DNA of 64,000 nucleotides from a virus (lineage: Duplodnaviria > Heunggongvirae > Uroviricota > Caudoviricetes). A program made the translations under genes and the position numbers. The first letter of the stretch is position 1. Each line of letters opens with the position of its first letter. This document shows, piece by piece, positions 31,798-42,693 of the stretch. The stretch lies in IMG/VR virus record IMGVR_UViG_2740892230_000016. The stretch is one strand, 5' to 3'. The notes under the pieces are model-generated. The model was given only the letters and a program-made list of their open reading frames with translations. It was not told the origin of the DNA and did not search any database.

Positions 31798-32215
31798 TTA
31801 ACACTCAGATAATGGTTTTAAGTAAAGTGTACAGGATCGGCTCTGCCTTTACCTGTTTATGGTTCTCGTCATAGAAACGCCAGCGACCGCGCGTGCGTTC
31901 TATTTTCTCTTCACCGCGCGATAATGACAGTTGACAACTATCACGATCAAACCCTTTTGCCCGCCAGTAACCACGGTTTTTCTCAAGCTCAATATGAGTG
32001 GACACTTTAGCAGCTGAATATCCCATTTTTCACCTCTGATTGATTGGTGGTGCTAAGTGCGCTACGCAAAATCTGGAGCACTAACACTGCCAACATTTCG
32101 CAGATTTTACGTAGCGCAACCTTGATCAAATGATCAAGTGATCACTATTTGACCTGATAAGGTATTGAACTGTATGGATTTACAGGTAAATTGATCATGT
32201 TCAATAACCCTTAAG

Positions 32216-32249
32216 ATAACTTCGTATAATGTATGCTATACGAAGTTAT
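32216..32249. other. loxP recombination site
   Basis: Exact ATAACTTCGTATA-ATGTATGC-TATACGAAGTTAT: 13-bp inverted repeats around the 8-bp spacer. Confidence 0.97.
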
Positions 32250-32292
32250 TAGGTCTGAAGAGGAGTTTACGTCCAGCTGCGCATAAAAATCA

Positions 32293-32309
32293 AGAATTAT
32301 TAGAGCAAT
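32293..32309. promoter_or_regulatory. C1 operator-like site (inverted partner of 32376..32391)
   Basis: AGAATTATTAGAGCAAT is the reverse complement of ATTGCTCTAATAATTCT. Confidence 0.55.
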
Positions 32310-32375
32310 AAATTTTGAGAGAAAAATCCCACTCCACCAGCCAAAAACTGGATTGTTTTTCATAGTTGTTTGACA

Positions 32376-32391
32376 ATTGCTCTAATAAATT
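32376..32391. promoter_or_regulatory. C1 operator, perfect consensus, overlapping a TTGACA -35 element
   Basis: TTGACA-ATTGCTCTAATAAATT; sits upstream of coi and c1. Confidence 0.7.
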
Positions 32392-32630
32392 ATAGTTTTG
32401 CCGCCGTTTCGTAATACGACTTTGGATTCACTATTTAATGTGTCTTCAGCGTTGTAGAGCGGCTCAGAAGGAAATGAGCAAACAGGGAAACCTTATACAA
32501 CGGCATTACAGCTATGCATTGCTCATCTTACACACAGCGCAATGTTGTTAGATTACCCCAGCATGGATCATGGGTGAAACAGTAGGTCAGAGCTTCAGGC
32601 TCTGTGTTGTCAATACAGTGAGGCATAATT

Positions 32631-32840
32631 ATGGCTTTCATTCCACCAACCATCGACGACGTTAGACATTGCTCTAACGCTTTATCTGTAGACCCCGCCG
32701 AAACCGACGCTGCCCGCGCCATTGCTGAACACTACTCAAAGATATCCAATCAGGAGTACCGCATCACCCAAGACGACCTGGATGATCTCACTGACACAAT
32801 CGAATATCTCATGGCCACTAACCAGCCAGACTCACAATAA
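32631..32840 (+). CDS. coi: Coi, C1 inactivator
   Basis: 69 aa immediately upstream of c1; size and position match P1 Coi. Confidence 0.75.
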   Translation: MAFIPPTIDDVRHCSNALSVDPAETDAARAIAEHYSKISNQEYRITQDDLDDLTDTIEYLMATNQPDSQ

Positions 32841-32950
32841 ATGCACTAATAAATCTATTATTTTCGTTGGATCCTTCTATAATGGTGGTCAACAACTCCC
32901 AGTGTAATCCGCTGTGAGTTGTTGGCCATGTCAATTCTGGAGGAGGATCA

Positions 32951-33802
32951 ATGATAAATTATGTCTACGGCGAACAACTGTACCAGGAGTTCGTCAGCTT
33001 CAGGGATCTCTTTCTAAAAAAAGCTGTTGCACGCGCCCAACACGTTGATGCCGCCAGCGACGGTCGTCCTGTACGCCCGGTTGTCGTTCTGCCGTTCAAA
33101 GAAACTGACAGCATTCAGGCTGAAATTGATAAATGGACTTTAATGGCGCGGGAACTGGAACAGTACCCAGACCTCAATATCCCAAAGACTATTTTATATC
33201 CAGTGCCTAACATCCTTCGCGGTGTGCGTAAGGTTACGACTTATCAGACAGAAGCTGTGAACAGCGTCAACATGACCGCTGGCCGCATTATTCATCTGAT
33301 TGATAAGGACATTCGCATCCAGAAAAGCGCAGGGATCAATGAGCACAGTGCGAAATACATAGAGAACCTGGAAGCAACAAAAGAGCTAATGAAGCAGTAC
33401 CCGGAGGATGAAAAATTCCGTATGCGCGTACACGGCTTTAGCGAAACAATGCTGCGCGTCCATTACATTTCTAGTAGCCCTAACTACAATGATGGTAAAT
33501 CAGTTAGTTACCATGTGCCGCTATGTGGTGTGTTTATCTGCGATGAAACTCTCCGTGATGGAATTATCATCAACGGTGAATTCGAGAAAGCAAAATTTAG
33601 CCTTTATGACTCTATAGAACCGATCATCTGCGACCGCTGGCCGCAGGCAAAAATATATCGCCTGGCAGATATTGAAAATGTAAAAAAACAAATTGCCATC
33701 ACTCGCGAAGAGAAAAAGGTCAAATCAGCCGCATCAGTTACGCGCAGCCGTAAAACTAAGAAGGGGCAGCCAGTAAACGACAACCCCGAAAGCGCGCAAT
33801 AG
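32951..33802 (+). CDS. c1: C1 repressor of lysis
   Basis: 283 aa beginning MINYVYGEQLYQEFVSFRDLFLKK, matching P1 C1 as recalled; flanked by operator sites. Confidence 0.85.
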   Translation: MINYVYGEQLYQEFVSFRDLFLKKAVARAQHVDAASDGRPVRPVVVLPFKETDSIQAEIDKWTLMARELEQYPDLNIPKTILYPVPNILRGVRKVTTYQTEAVNSVNMTAGRIIHLIDKDIRIQKSAGINEHSAKYIENLEATKELMKQYPEDEKFRMRVHGFSETMLRVHYISSSPNYNDGKSVSYHVPLCGVFICDETLRDGIIINGEFEKAKFSLYDSIEPIICDRWPQAKIYRLADIENVKKQIAITREEKKVKSAASVTRSRKTKKGQPVNDNPESAQ

Positions 33803-33826
33803 TTTCCATCCGGCATGGTCAATGAG

Positions 33827-35311
33827 TTATTCATTAAGCCATGCCAGAGCTTCATCAACCTGCGCTTCGTCTTCGACGCTAAGCACTTCATCCTGGGGAA
33901 CATAATCCGCCAGCATAGCGAAACAATATGTATCCCAATGGTCTGGTGAGTGCAGGTTGAGTTTTTTCTTCATATCCTCCTTACTCATCACCTTCCATTG
34001 ACCTGCGGAGTTAATCCCTACAGGGATTTTCGACGCTTCCTCAATAGTTTCATTACCCTTATCCAGTCTCATACGACCTGATTTTACGGCCTCTGCGGCT
34101 TGAACGTTGGCATAAGCACGCTTATCAAAGTACAGGCTCTTATCTTCACGGCTATGCATCTTTTTACCCCAGCGTATACGCTGTACGGTAATACCATAAT
34201 ACTCGTACATCAGATCCGCCGTTGCTTTACCCAGCCCATCGCCGTCTATCGCTATGGTGATATTTGGGAATCGCTCAGGATTACATTCTGCGAAAATTTT
34301 GGCGGCAAGCTGCGTTTCTGTAACGTCTGTGTATTCCAGCATTCGATAGTTGATTACACGGCGTTTATTTCTCTGGCCGGACACCATCATGATATTGATA
34401 ACGGACTTATCCCTTCCCGTACCACCAGCAACGTCCACACATGCAAGCCAGCCCCATCCTTTGGCAATCTTGACTTTCCGCCGCGTTGCACGTTCAACCT
34501 CATCACGTCCAAGAAGGAAGCCATCCTGTGATTTAGGGAATAGGCCGCGTACCTTAATCATGTACATAGGGTTATCGCGCCCGCCGTACTCCGCCAGCTT
34601 CATTTTGATAAATGCTGGCGTTACCAGCGGTGATTCCTCACTGTTAAGCGTGATCGCCGTATAAACGCCATCAGGGTTACCAGGACGCTTGGCCAGTTTA
34701 TGGTGTGTATCGTAGAAATAGCCGCTTGGGCGTGTAGGCTGTGACAGTAATAAGATGCGGTTATCCTGTCCGGTAAGAGCACCGGTGATGATACCGAAAG
34801 CTCTATCACTGACACCGGAGGCTTCATCGATAATATACAGAAGATGATCTGCGTGTTCACCGGCGAGAGCTTCTTCACTTCCCAGACGAAAGCCCTTCGG
34901 TACTACAGTCCATACACCTTTACCTGTAACCTCATAGAAAGCGGTTTCTGTCAGAACAAAATAATCAGCAAGCCATGGGAAACGGCTGGTGGCAGTAGCC
35001 CAGTTTATCTTGATGTACTTGAATATACCGGTCATTACCTGCTGAATTTTGTTCGCAACGATAATGGCACGGGCACCTGGATACATGATTATGAACAACA
35101 TGATCATGATAGAAGTCATGTCTGATTTCCCGGTACCGTGACCAGACGAAACAGATGTCTTGCTACCCTGTTCCTGCACAGACTCAATAATCAGATCCTG
35201 CTGCCAGGTAGGTGTTTTGCCGAACAAAACATCAGCGGCAGCAATCCAGTCATAACGATATAGCGCCACCAGCTCGCGCCAACGTGGATCCGTTACGCAA
35301 CTTCTGGCCAT
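33827..35311 (-). CDS. pacB: Terminase large subunit PacB
   Basis: 494 aa; Walker A SGHGTGKS, Walker [12 protein letters not shown]-terminal nuclease domain with acidic residues (AIDGDG). Confidence 0.85.
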   Translation of the reverse strand: MARSCVTDPRWRELVALYRYDWIAAADVLFGKTPTWQQDLIIESVQEQGSKTSVSSGHGTGKSDMTSIMIMLFIIMYPGARAIIVANKIQQVMTGIFKYIKINWATATSRFPWLADYFVLTETAFYEVTGKGVWTVVPKGFRLGSEEALAGEHADHLLYIIDEASGVSDRAFGIITGALTGQDNRILLLSQPTRPSGYFYDTHHKLAKRPGNPDGVYTAITLNSEESPLVTPAFIKMKLAEYGGRDNPMYMIKVRGLFPKSQDGFLLGRDEVERATRRKVKIAKGWGWLACVDVAGGTGRDKSVINIMMVSGQRNKRRVINYRMLEYTDVTETQLAAKIFAECNPERFPNITIAIDGDGLGKATADLMYEYYGITVQRIRWGKKMHSREDKSLYFDKRAYANVQAAEAVKSGRMRLDKGNETIEEASKIPVGINSAGQWKVMSKEDMKKKLNLHSPDHWDTYCFAMLADYVPQDEVLSVEDEAQVDEALAWLNE

Positions 35312-36504
35312 TAATCATCATCCCCGTATAGCTTGCGGGTAACTTCTTCGTCTTCCTCCTCGTCTTCGTCCAGGTCTTGTTCCAGCCATGGGTCGTTTGA
35401 TACACCTTCAGTATCAACATCTCCATAACCGCCTGTATCAACGATATCGGCGATTTCTTCCCTACGCTGCTCAATCCACAATGCGGCATCGGCGCGGCGG
35501 TTGGCGGCCCGTTCTCGCGCAACTTTGTCCAGATCTTCAAGAGAAGGGCCACCGACGGCTGTTTGCCTTTCCTCATCATCGGTATTGGTCTTAGGAGCAC
35601 GCAGATCGGCTTTGATTTGCTCCAGCATCAGGGGCGGTACTTTCCCTCCATGCGCCTCGATGAATTCAGCTGCCTCCAGCACTGACCAGTTGTTTTCACG
35701 CTTTCGTTCGTATGCCAGCTTAACAATGCCAGCTTGCCCCATAGACAAAGCGTGCTTTTCCGCCTCCCGGCTTTCTTTTCGATAGTTATTCCGGATGCTG
35801 TAAATGGTGTTGATCAGGCTGCTTATCTGCGCGGAACAGCTGTTTAGCATGCTCGCGATACGGTATTCAGGCGGAGTTCCTTCATCATCGTCTTTTTGCT
35901 GATCGCGCATTTCCTGAACCAAGCGAATACACGTATCCCTGGCGTTCTCCAGCATAAGGAGATGAGAGAGAGACTTTTCCAGAAGAGTGGTTTCCAGAAC
36001 ATCAGCCCCGGACCGACGCAACATAGCGCGCGCGGCCTTCCGCGCTTCAACGTTATCTATCAGGTAATCGCCAGCTTCGAATTCAAAGCGTTCACCATCA
36101 TCATCCAGGGTGTCGCGTTCCAGGCGATCACGTAAGGTCCGGTGGGCGCGGGTGATCACGTCATGATCATCAGAACGATCATTTATGCGCTTATTCTGGC
36201 GCTTCGCGTTCTCGACTGCGGCACTGACAACAGCATTAACTCTTTGTTTTTCAGCCATTTCAGCCACAATGTGATCACCTGCACGTTGATCATTAGCGTG
36301 ATCAATGATCATGCTTTTTAGTGGTTTTCTGACAGGCTTATTTGGCTTACGGCTGTCCGCTGTTCCGGTGTCTTCTTTGAATGCACGGAGATAACGACGT
36401 GCGGTGTTTGGGTTGAGATTAAACTCGGCGGCATATTGTGCGATGGTGTAACCACCATCTCGCGCCAGGCGAGCAAAATTCTTCTTGTGATCGTCCCAGG
36501 TCAC
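35311..36504 (-). CDS. pacA: Terminase small subunit PacA, containing the pac site
   Basis: 397 aa; N-terminal HTH-like region, acidic C-terminus; directly upstream of pacB; contains the GATC hexamer clusters. Confidence 0.8.
   Translation of the reverse strand: MTWDDHKKNFARLARDGGYTIAQYAAEFNLNPNTARRYLRAFKEDTGTADSRKPNKPVRKPLKSMIIDHANDQRAGDHIVAEMAEKQRVNAVVSAAVENAKRQNKRINDRSDDHDVITRAHRTLRDRLERDTLDDDGERFEFEAGDYLIDNVEARKAARAMLRRSGADVLETTLLEKSLSHLLMLENARDTCIRLVQEMRDQQKDDDEGTPPEYRIASMLNSCSAQISSLINTIYSIRNNYRKESREAEKHALSMGQAGIVKLAYERKRENNWSVLEAAEFIEAHGGKVPPLMLEQIKADLRAPKTNTDDEERQTAVGGPSLEDLDKVARERAANRRADAALWIEQRREEIADIVDTGGYGDVDTEGVSNDPWLEQDLDEDEEEDEEVTRKLYGDDD
36126..36311. other. pac packaging site (4+3 TGATCA-type hexamers with Dam GATC sites)
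   Basis: GATC-containing hexamers at 36126, 36153, 36164 and 36177, then 36272, 36287 and 36306, separated by about 90 bp, inside pacA as in P1. Confidence 0.7.
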
Positions 36505-36590
36505 TTATGCTTCCTTTCGTATAAAACTCTTTTTGACGCGAGGGTAACGAAAGTCACATGTCAAAAGGCCCGGAACGGGCAAGCAATCAA

Positions 36591-37043
36591 TCAGATACGT
36601 GCGGATGTGGCATTACCGTAATGACGGTGCTGACGGACCACCTTATTGAAAAGTTGACGCGCCATCACCCAAGGCTGGTGCTCCCGGCGTTCCTTTTCGT
36701 CCTGCGTCATATAGAGTTCGTTCTGGAGTTTTTCATCAAACCGGCGCGGAGCGCGGCTGCGGCGAAAGAATTCAGGATTCAGAGAGTGGATCTGAAATCT
36801 ACGTGGGCGTGTACTGTCATCAATCAAAACAGACGAATACTTAGACACAGCGATAGCCTTTAAGCGCAGATAAACATCGCGCTTATCGACATCCAGATGC
36901 GGGTATTCCTTTTCAAGAATTGCTGCGAGTTCTTTCGCTGATAGAAGAGATTTAGTGCGGATCATGTAATCCGCAATCTCGTACGATGTTATTCGTGAGT
37001 GATTTATTTCCATGAAGTGGCGTCCCTGCCAGTTAAGTAACAT
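36591..37043 (-). CDS. lpa: Late promoter activator Lpa-like
   Basis: 150-aa ORF immediately downstream of a C1 operator and upstream of pacA; synteny with P1 lpa. Confidence 0.5.
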   Translation of the reverse strand: MLLNWQGRHFMEINHSRITSYEIADYMIRTKSLLSAKELAAILEKEYPHLDVDKRDVYLRLKAIAVSKYSSVLIDDSTRPRRFQIHSLNPEFFRRSRAPRRFDEKLQNELYMTQDEKERREHQPWVMARQLFNKVVRQHRHYGNATSARI

Positions 37044-37113
37044 CCTGTCACCTACTGATTAGCCCATGTCAACTAATCAACGTCGAATATAATACCCTCG
37101 ATTAAAGAAATAG

Positions 37114-37130
37114 CAATACATTAGAGCAAT
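37114..37130. promoter_or_regulatory. C1 operator-like site upstream of lpa
   Basis: AATACATTAGAGCAAT, reverse complement of ATTGCTCTAATGTATT. Confidence 0.55.
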
Positions 37131-37131
37131 T

Positions 37132-38175
37132 TTATCTAACGCTCGACGAATGACTTGTGATAGCGCCAACTCCAAGCGCGTAATCAAAGAACAATCGTTG
37201 ATGCATCGCCAGCCTACCGTGCGTCTTCTCCCAATTATCGCGGTCACGCTCAATATCACGCTGGCATGACTGGCACAGAGGAATAGCATAAATGTCATGC
37301 GCGCATAATCGACTATGACGAACGATATAAGGCGTAATGTGAGCGCCAGCTCCCGCAGCTCCACAGCCACAGCATGGACGGGAAGCCACAAAGTCCATGT
37401 ACTCGGGCAATTTTAGCGATTGAAGTTTTGGTATCTTGAAATGCGCCATACCTGGGTCGGAGTCAACATCCACAGGGCATACTTTTGCACGCATCGGCGC
37501 GGCGCGTTCTTCCATCATATGAACATATGCTGTAGCGCGATCGTCATACGGGCGAATATCCGCCTCTTTCAGAGGTCCGCTATCCTGCGGAGTAGCCTTC
37601 ATCTTATTTATTGATATGCGGCAGACTTCTTCCGGCATCAGGTGCATCATGTTGCGCATGAAAGCCCACCAGCACAGCTCCTGAATACTTAAATCATGGC
37701 TATTTGAAAGGCCCATTTCCTGACGGGCGACATCCAGTATCCAGTTAACGCGATTATTGTGCAGCGTTTCTTTCAGCTCATTAAAACCACGCATCCGGTA
37801 ATGGTTATCGTGATGCCAGCACAACAACACCGCGCTATTGTCTCGTTCAGCGTGGACAATATGGTTGTCACACCAACTACGATCTGCGGCCTGGCATTGA
37901 CCCTCTTTCCTACGCAACCACGCCACCAGCGCGTCAATTCCACCAATACGGCGAAACAGTTCATCGCTGTTAAAAAACGGCTGCAACGCCTCATTTGTTG
38001 CCATGGTTTGCTCGGTAACAACGAGGCCGTCTTCCATGTGCTCGATTAACTCACGCGGCACCGGCTCCATAATAAATTTACGGCCAGCCTCCACCAGCTT
38101 TCTGACCTCCTGATCCACTTTGAACGTGGCGAGGCCAAGCTCTTTCTGTACAAAGGGAGTAATTACGGCTTTCAC
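37132..38175 (-). CDS. Post-doc protein (PdcB-like), Cys-rich
   Basis: 347 aa downstream of doc; Cys-rich motif [13 protein letters not shown]...CQSCQ; synteny. Confidence 0.45.
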   Translation of the reverse strand: MKAVITPFVQKELGLATFKVDQEVRKLVEAGRKFIMEPVPRELIEHMEDGLVVTEQTMATNEALQPFFNSDELFRRIGGIDALVAWLRRKEGQCQAADRSWCDNHIVHAERDNSAVLLCWHHDNHYRMRGFNELKETLHNNRVNWILDVARQEMGLSNSHDLSIQELCWWAFMRNMMHLMPEEVCRISINKMKATPQDSGPLKEADIRPYDDRATAYVHMMEERAAPMRAKVCPVDVDSDPGMAHFKIPKLQSLKLPEYMDFVASRPCCGCGAAGAGAHITPYIVRHSRLCAHDIYAIPLCQSCQRDIERDRDNWEKTHGRLAMHQRLFFDYALGVGAITSHSSSVR

Positions 38176-38386
38176 ATCACACCTTTAATCACTGATTGGG
38201 CTTTATCTGCTGCCCGGCATTCTCTGTTTAAGCACAACCATTTCCTGACGGCATAACACAGCAATAGCTGTCCTGGCACCAATTTGCTTACCAACCAGGT
38301 ATTGCTTTACCTTGCGGCGACTCACGCCATCAAGAAGCATCTTTAACGCTTCACGGGACAACTTGTTGTATTTGCGTGCCATTAAT

Positions 38387-38767
38387 CTACTCCGCAGAAC
38401 CATACAATCTACGTAACGTGTCGGCGACAGAAGATACAGATATCTCGCCAGTCGCAGCGCCTACGGTAAGGTCTGCCAGTTCAGGTGAATCAAATACCTG
38501 CACCCCGTTACGGCGTAGAAATAGCAGCGCACTGTTTAGCGCGGTACGCTTATTGGCATCATTGAATATATGCCCTCTCGCTGTAGCCACCAGGTAGGTG
38601 GCGGAGACTTCGAAAAGGTCGGTAATCTCTTCGTACACAACTCTGGCCTGGACTCTCCCGATAATGGCCTCTGCCCTGCCCGGATCTGACATGCCAGGCA
38701 GGCCGCCGTAGCGGTTTATATTCGCATCATGAAGCGCAATAAGTTCTTCCGGTGATATATGCCTCAT
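38387..38767 (-). CDS. doc: Doc toxin (Fic-fold kinase)
   Basis: 126 aa; [25 protein letters not shown]...[16 protein letters not shown], Fic-like motif; overlaps the phd stop. Confidence 0.9.
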   Translation of the reverse strand: MRHISPEELIALHDANINRYGGLPGMSDPGRAEAIIGRVQARVVYEEITDLFEVSATYLVATARGHIFNDANKRTALNSALLFLRRNGVQVFDSPELADLTVGAATGEISVSSVADTLRRLYGSAE

Positions 38768-38988
38768 TATCGGTTAACCAGTTCCTTGTTGGTGGAGTCC
38801 AGGGTGTCAAACAGGGATGCAAATTCAGCATCCAGCGCCGCTTTTTTGTAGGCTTCGAAAGTAGCCTTGCTGACAATTACTGCTGGCTCACGGCCTCTGC
38901 GGGTGATTTCAACCTCTTCCCCGGCTTCAACATTGTTGAGCACTTCAGAAAGGTTGCCGCGCGCGGTACGGAAGTTAATGGATTGCAT
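38767..38988 (-). CDS. phd: Phd antitoxin
   Basis: 73 aa from [39 protein letters not shown] (YefM/Phd fold). Confidence 0.9.
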   Translation of the reverse strand: MQSINFRTARGNLSEVLNNVEAGEEVEITRRGREPAVIVSKATFEAYKKAALDAEFASLFDTLDSTNKELVNR

Positions 38989-39060
38989 AAACACCTCGTG
39001 TACTCGTTATGTGTACACAATTATAAACTTCACAGGCATAAAGCACCAGCACTTTGCAGC

Positions 39061-39450
39061 TTAAATCACCGGACAATCATCAAATTCCCCACTTCGGGCA
39101 TCATTGATGACATGAGTGATCACACCAAAAACAGCATTACTGCCCGTGTATCCATCGTCATCTACTGGTAACGCCTCTTTCTTCCCGGTGCTTAAGTCCT
39201 CCAGGTGCTGGCGCGGATACTTCCTGTATCTCTTTATGCGATATTCACCCTCCATAGCGCACACAAGCAGAGAACCATCAACCGGAGTAAGCGAGGAATC
39301 AACCACCAGCAAAGCACCCTGCAATATTCCCTCACGGTGATGGCTATCAGCTGCCCGCATGAAGTAGGTTGCTGATGGATGCCTGATTAGTTGCTGATCA
39401 AGAGAAATTCGGCTTTCAACATAATCCGCCGCAGGAGAAGGGAAGCCCAT
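39061..39450 (-). CDS. humD: UmuD-like protein HumD
   Basis: 129 aa; S24 peptidase-like C-terminal domain; position next to phd/doc as in P1. Confidence 0.7.
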   Translation of the reverse strand: MGFPSPAADYVESRISLDQQLIRHPSATYFMRAADSHHREGILQGALLVVDSSLTPVDGSLLVCAMEGEYRIKRYRKYPRQHLEDLSTGKKEALPVDDDGYTGSNAVFGVITHVINDARSGEFDDCPVI

Positions 39451-39624
39451 AGCGTTTTCACCTCAATAGTACTGTTCATTTATACAGTATACATTAAAGA
39501 GACACCTTTGGTGCAAACGCGTTACGTACATCAACAACCGCTGATGATTTTGTGCGCTTTGCTACTATTCATCACCAACGGATCAGCGTAACCTCGTTGC
39601 CAATCAGTTAATAAGGAATTAGCT

Positions 39625-40197
39625 ATGCCTAATCGCATTCCTCTCGATCCTGTATTGCCCAAAAATTTTGACTGCACTCCTAACGAGAAACGCTCTAAAG
39701 CTCAGCTGGACGCCTGGTGGGACCATCCATATGGGGTTACAGAACATGACGGGAAAATTGTTGTTTATTGTCTGAATGGTGGCGCGTGGGACCGTCCATC
39801 CGTGCTTGGTTTGGCAAATAACTATGATGAAGCCTGTGAACTTGCCGAAAGACAGCAGGCAAGCTGGGTAAAAACACGGTCTGAACCGACATTCATGTTT
39901 TCAAAAGAACCGCCATTTATACTGGCGAGGATGCCGCAGCGACCGGATCATCAACAAGAAATTGTTGCTGAATTTTCCTCAAGGGATGAGATGAATCTCT
40001 TCTCATTAAAGCAGGAAGAAAGGGACCGCGTCGAAGTGTCTCCAACTCTCGACCACAACCGGATGAACCTGGCCCAGCTCGCCTGGTACAGCAAAGAATT
40101 GGAGATGTCTATCGCCCGGCTTGAAAACGAAAAAGCCGCTATCCAAGCCCAGCATGAAGCTGTCATTGCCAGGATACGAGAAGTTCAAAACGGTTAA
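39625..40197 (+). CDS. lxr: Lxr-like protein
   Basis: 190 aa, divergent from humD; synteny only. Confidence 0.4.
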   Translation: MPNRIPLDPVLPKNFDCTPNEKRSKAQLDAWWDHPYGVTEHDGKIVVYCLNGGAWDRPSVLGLANNYDEACELAERQQASWVKTRSEPTFMFSKEPPFILARMPQRPDHQQEIVAEFSSRDEMNLFSLKQEERDRVEVSPTLDHNRMNLAQLAWYSKELEMSIARLENEKAAIQAQHEAVIARIREVQNG

Positions 40198-40203
40198 CTA
40201 CCG

Positions 40204-40455
40204 CTATTTCTTTACGGCATCATCTTTCTGATATGCCGGATCGCTCCCTTTTGGCAACTGGAGGCTTAACTGCCGATAGTGCCGTAACCGTTCCATGAAA
40301 TAGGTGCGCAGATTCTCTGGTTGCTCGCGGGCTACCTGTTCAGCTATGACAGGTATGTTCAATCGCTCTTTGTACGCCACACCGCTGGCAGCCAGATCAA
40401 CGTTAACCTTATCCCGTTCTTCCTGACTTTTAGCTGCAATATTCCAGTCGCTCAT
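40204..40455 (-). CDS. hot: Hot, homologue of DNA polymerase III theta subunit
   Basis: 83 aa; [33 protein letters not shown] resembles Hol[34 protein letters not shown]. Confidence 0.8.
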   Translation of the reverse strand: MSDWNIAAKSQEERDKVNVDLAASGVAYKERLNIPVIAEQVAREQPENLRTYFMERLRHYRQLSLQLPKGSDPAYQKDDAVKK

Positions 40456-40457
40456 AT

Positions 40458-40730
40458 TTAAGGCTCACATTTCCAGATGGTATTCTGAACACCCGAACCG
40501 GGCGCAAGATTAGGGTTAGCGTTCGCGCTATGCTGATATACTGCTTTAGACTTCCCATATTGCTGACAGGCTTTATCTGCGGTTTTTTGCAGGCTATCCA
40601 GGCCATACCAACCATCTGACTGTATGCTTACCTTTTCACCGTCGTTGTATTGCACCATTGCACACCCAGATATAGCCAGTATCGCGCCGACAATAACGCT
40701 TTTCCATAAAACTCTATGCAACATATACAA
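40458..40730 (-). CDS. Lipoprotein
   Basis: Signal peptide with lipobox AISGC. Confidence 0.5.
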   Translation of the reverse strand: MYMLHRVLWKSVIVGAILAISGCAMVQYNDGEKVSIQSDGWYGLDSLQKTADKACQQYGKSKAVYQHSANANPNLAPGSGVQNTIWKCEP

Positions 40731-40769
40731 AAATCCCCTCTGTGAATTGAGGGGATTTTAGCATGGTGA

Positions 40770-41543
40770 TCAGATATCGGCCTTATTCGGAATTTTATCA
40801 GCCACCAGCTGCAATAAAGCCTTCGCCATTTCATGAACCAACATGGCATCAATGACGCCTAGCGTATGGCCCGGCTTAATCTTTAATGCGGCCTCAAGAT
40901 AGCCTCTTTCCAGAGTGGTTTTTACGCTTTTCTTGGGCGATTGTTGGGAACTATCCGGAAAATCCGGATGGTTGCCAGCCACATAAGCTACCCGCAACCA
41001 GTGCATGAATGTTTCCGCAGACACACAACCGCAGTCCACATCGATTTTCCCGCGTTGCTGTTCCAGCCATTGCTCAAAATCTAACTTGTAAGCCTTACTT
41101 TCAGGTTCATCACCATTGAACTCGACTTTCTGCGACGCTATGAGAGCAGCTTCGTATTGTTCGCGAGTGACAACTGACTGGTATTCATCGCTATCAAGGT
41201 CACCGATTGGAAGCTCAATCTCACAACAAAAATTGCGCCCAAAGAAAGTGTCTTTTTTGTGGTCCGAGCCAAAAGCAAAAGTCGCGCATGGCGCCATTAA
41301 ATTGGCACTGAGCAGGCGACAATCGATCATACCATCAGGCCACCCGCCGCACTTGGGCAGCTCCTTCACTAACAAGTCGATAAGCTTCATTTTTTTATCA
41401 TCTTTGCAAGCCGCCAAAGCCATTTGGGCAAGTGCCAATACTTCATCTGCCGTATATCCAGCACCGTGACCATACATTTCGATACGGGCGATAATCTCTG
41501 ATATGCGTTCTTTAGTGATTCTTGTCATTTCTTTTTGCGCCAT
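40770..41543 (-). CDS. Hypothetical protein in the backbone junction zone
   Basis: 257-aa ORF; ordinary GC; no recognisable motif. Confidence 0.4.
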   Translation of the reverse strand: MAQKEMTRITKERISEIIARIEMYGHGAGYTADEVLALAQMALAACKDDKKMKLIDLLVKELPKCGGWPDGMIDCRLLSANLMAPCATFAFGSDHKKDTFFGRNFCCEIELPIGDLDSDEYQSVVTREQYEAALIASQKVEFNGDEPESKAYKLDFEQWLEQQRGKIDVDCGCVSAETFMHWLRVAYVAGNHPDFPDSSQQSPKKSVKTTLERGYLEAALKIKPGHTLGVIDAMLVHEMAKALLQLVADKIPNKADI

Positions 41544-41899
41544 TTCTTTTCACATTCCTTAGTCCATTTTTCAATGTTCATTTTGGCAATATCAGTCATT
41601 CCATCACCTAAGAAATACTTTTTCCGGTATGCCTTGCACTTAAACCACACTACAACAGCCACCAGCCAGAAAATAAAAGGCCATACAGCAATACCAACGA
41701 CAGCCGCGATAAAGCCCAATAGCCATAAATGAAGCTCTCCAACTTCTGTTTCCGGCAATATTCTTAAAGAATTAAACAGCAGGCTGAACGAATGGTCGTA
41801 TGCATTGGCAGTATAAGACATGCAATCCATATAATTAAAGTCATAGCCTGCGGCTGCCGCCCATAATGGGCGGTCAAGAAAATGTTTTAGTGTCATCAT
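41525..41899 (-). CDS. Small membrane protein, AT-rich cassette
   Basis: 124 aa with a long hydrophobic stretch LWLLGFIAAVVGIAVWPFIFWLVAVVVWF and a Lys-rich C-terminus. Confidence 0.45.
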   Translation of the reverse strand: MMTLKHFLDRPLWAAAAGYDFNYMDCMSYTANAYDHSFSLLFNSLRILPETEVGELHLWLLGFIAAVVGIAVWPFIFWLVAVVVWFKCKAYRKKYFLGDGMTDIAKMNIEKWTKECEKKWRKKK

Positions 41900-41905
41900 A
41901 TAAAT

Positions 41906-42286
41906 TTAAGGTTCAGACCAGTTATCTTCAATAGCAATGCTTAATCTTTGTAGCCATTCTGCTAATTTCAGCATTGCTTCTCTTTCGCTTAAACCACGAG
42001 GAAAATCATCAAGTGAAATTGTTGGCTTGAATCCCCCGTAATTATCCATTTCAACTGTCAGATTTTGTTCCAGCACGGTATTTCTTACGCGACTATTGTG
42101 CCGGAGCAAATATACTGAGCGTGATTTATTGGTTTTGTGGTCTAGCTTATATTCGGTAAGTATCATCTGGCTTTTGCCATGACTATTACCTCTCCACATA
42201 CTTACCTCACTTAATAAAACAACTCCATACGTAGTTGATGATTTTTTCCCACGTAATATAAATATGCACTCCAGCAGAAAAACCAA
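41906..42286 (-). CDS. Hypothetical protein, AT-rich cassette
   Basis: 126-aa ORF 6 bp upstream of the membrane protein; true start possibly an internal Met. Confidence 0.35.
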   Translation of the reverse strand: MVFLLECIFILRGKKSSTTYGVVLLSEVSMWRGNSHGKSQMILTEYKLDHKTNKSRSVYLLRHNSRVRNTVLEQNLTVEMDNYGGFKPTISLDDFPRGLSEREAMLKLAEWLQRLSIAIEDNWSEP

Positions 42287-42377
42287 AACCTACAATTACT
42301 GAAAAAATCAAAACATTTACTTTTGACATTATAAAATTTCTCTCGTTGCCGTAGGTGATAGCACCATAATTGCTAAT

Positions 42378-42629
42378 TTAGTGAGTTAGCAGTTCCATTT
42401 TTTGGATGATTTCCGCATGAGCATCATCGTTGTCAACACTTAACTCGTTTAATGCCTCTCGCACTACATCAACTTCTTCTGGTTGGAAGAAGTCATCTCG
42501 GTAGTCACCAAATAGAACCGAAACAAGCCTGCCACCAGCAACATCAAGATTGGCGCTAACAGGTGGCTCTTTACCATCCTCAAATTCGACTACAAAAGTT
42601 AATTTCCCCATCGTTACCACCAGCGACAA
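42378..42629 (-). CDS. Hypothetical protein
   Basis: 83-aa acidic ORF. Confidence 0.35.
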   Translation of the reverse strand: MSLVVTMGKLTFVVEFEDGKEPPVSANLDVAGGRLVSVLFGDYRDDFFQPEEVDVVREALNELSVDNDDAHAEIIQKMELLTH

Positions 42630-42693
42630 ATTGAATACAAACCCAGTGCTGCCGCCATCACAATTCCTACCGTTGCGAATGCTTCAGGCCAGC

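Noticed and set aside
31805-32026. 73-aa ORF between loxP and cre
   Set aside because: It lies in the region expected to hold cre promoters and has no ribosome-binding site I could identify; more likely non-coding.
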